A stretch of DNA of 64,000 nucleotides from Hemiscyllium ocellatum. Lineage: Eukaryota. Below, piece by piece: positions 63,620 to 64,000 of this stretch. The stretch's first letter is position 1; each line of letters begins with the position of its first letter. The stretch covers positions 413,584 through 477,583 of the forward strand of contig NW_026867788.1 in the NCBI RefSeq assembly GCF_020745735.1, read 5' to 3'. The notes below the pieces were generated by a model. That model was not told the origin of the DNA and ran no database searches. It saw only the letters and a program-made list of their open reading frames with translations. The position numbers and the translations under genes were made by a program.

Positions 63620-64000
63620 ATTCACAGACAGAGAAGCCATAAATATGTTGTGTTTATGGGAAAGGATACACCAGATCATCCAACTTGGAGATATGCGAGG
63701 AGATCAGCACCATGGAAATATCTGGATTGTGAGAAGGATTGAAAATTCACAGATCTACTGGAGACTCATTGACACAGACTTTCTGTGTGAACAGATTTAT
63801 TGTGCCATCCAGCTTCATGTCACACCAATGGCTTTACACTGACAAGAGGGCTTTCCCCTGACTGTGGGGAAAAATACTTTAAGATCTGTAAAGGTCTTAA
63901 ATTCAATGGTGTTTATTTAACATCACCCTATTCACATGGGGGAGAAGTCGTTCAGCTGATCCATGTGTGGGAAGGTGTGCATTTGGGGATCTAGCAGTGC
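63620..64000 (+). pseudogene. Decayed C2H2 zinc-finger array (runs off the window end)
   Basis: Frameshifted remnants: H..EKP*ICCVYGKGYTRSSNLE..; TME-(K)YLDCEK..LLETH; SHQWLYTDKR..PDCGE; IHMGEKSFS*SMCGK. Confidence 0.75.

Overview
Eukaryotic genomic DNA from a cartilaginous fish. The repeat content and IgM sequence suggest an orectolobiform shark such as a bamboo shark (inference). (1) 4.9-29.9 kb, + strand: one complete shark-type IgM heavy-chain cluster: leader, VH, D, JH, Cmu1-Cmu4 with secretory tail, TM1, TM2. It is a pseudogene: TAA in VH FR3, a 1-nt frameshift in Cmu2, and lost canonical Cys/Trp residues in Cmu2, Cmu3 and Cmu4. All 14 splice sites are still GT/AG. V and D appear pre-joined in the germline: the V has no RSS and runs into D-like sequence ending in a 12-RSS, facing an unrearranged JH with a 23-RSS (VDD-J configuration). 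(2) Dense non-LTR retroelements: CR1 LINE fragments, tRNA-headed SINEs and Penelope-like elements (PLE). One PLE insertion has a 13-bp TSD and ~670-bp inverted arms. Several PLE termini carry minimal hammerhead ribozyme cores, two of them in sense orientation inside IgM introns. (3) 42.6-54.6 kb: a tandem array of ~3.2-kb units carrying degenerate tRNA-Val and tRNA-Leu genes and a captured CR1 3' end. (4) 57.9-64 kb: decayed C2H2 zinc-finger remnants and a local segmental duplication. Most ORFs in the track are spurious or transposon-derived. All coordinates were read by hand; repeat boundaries are approximate (tens of bp).
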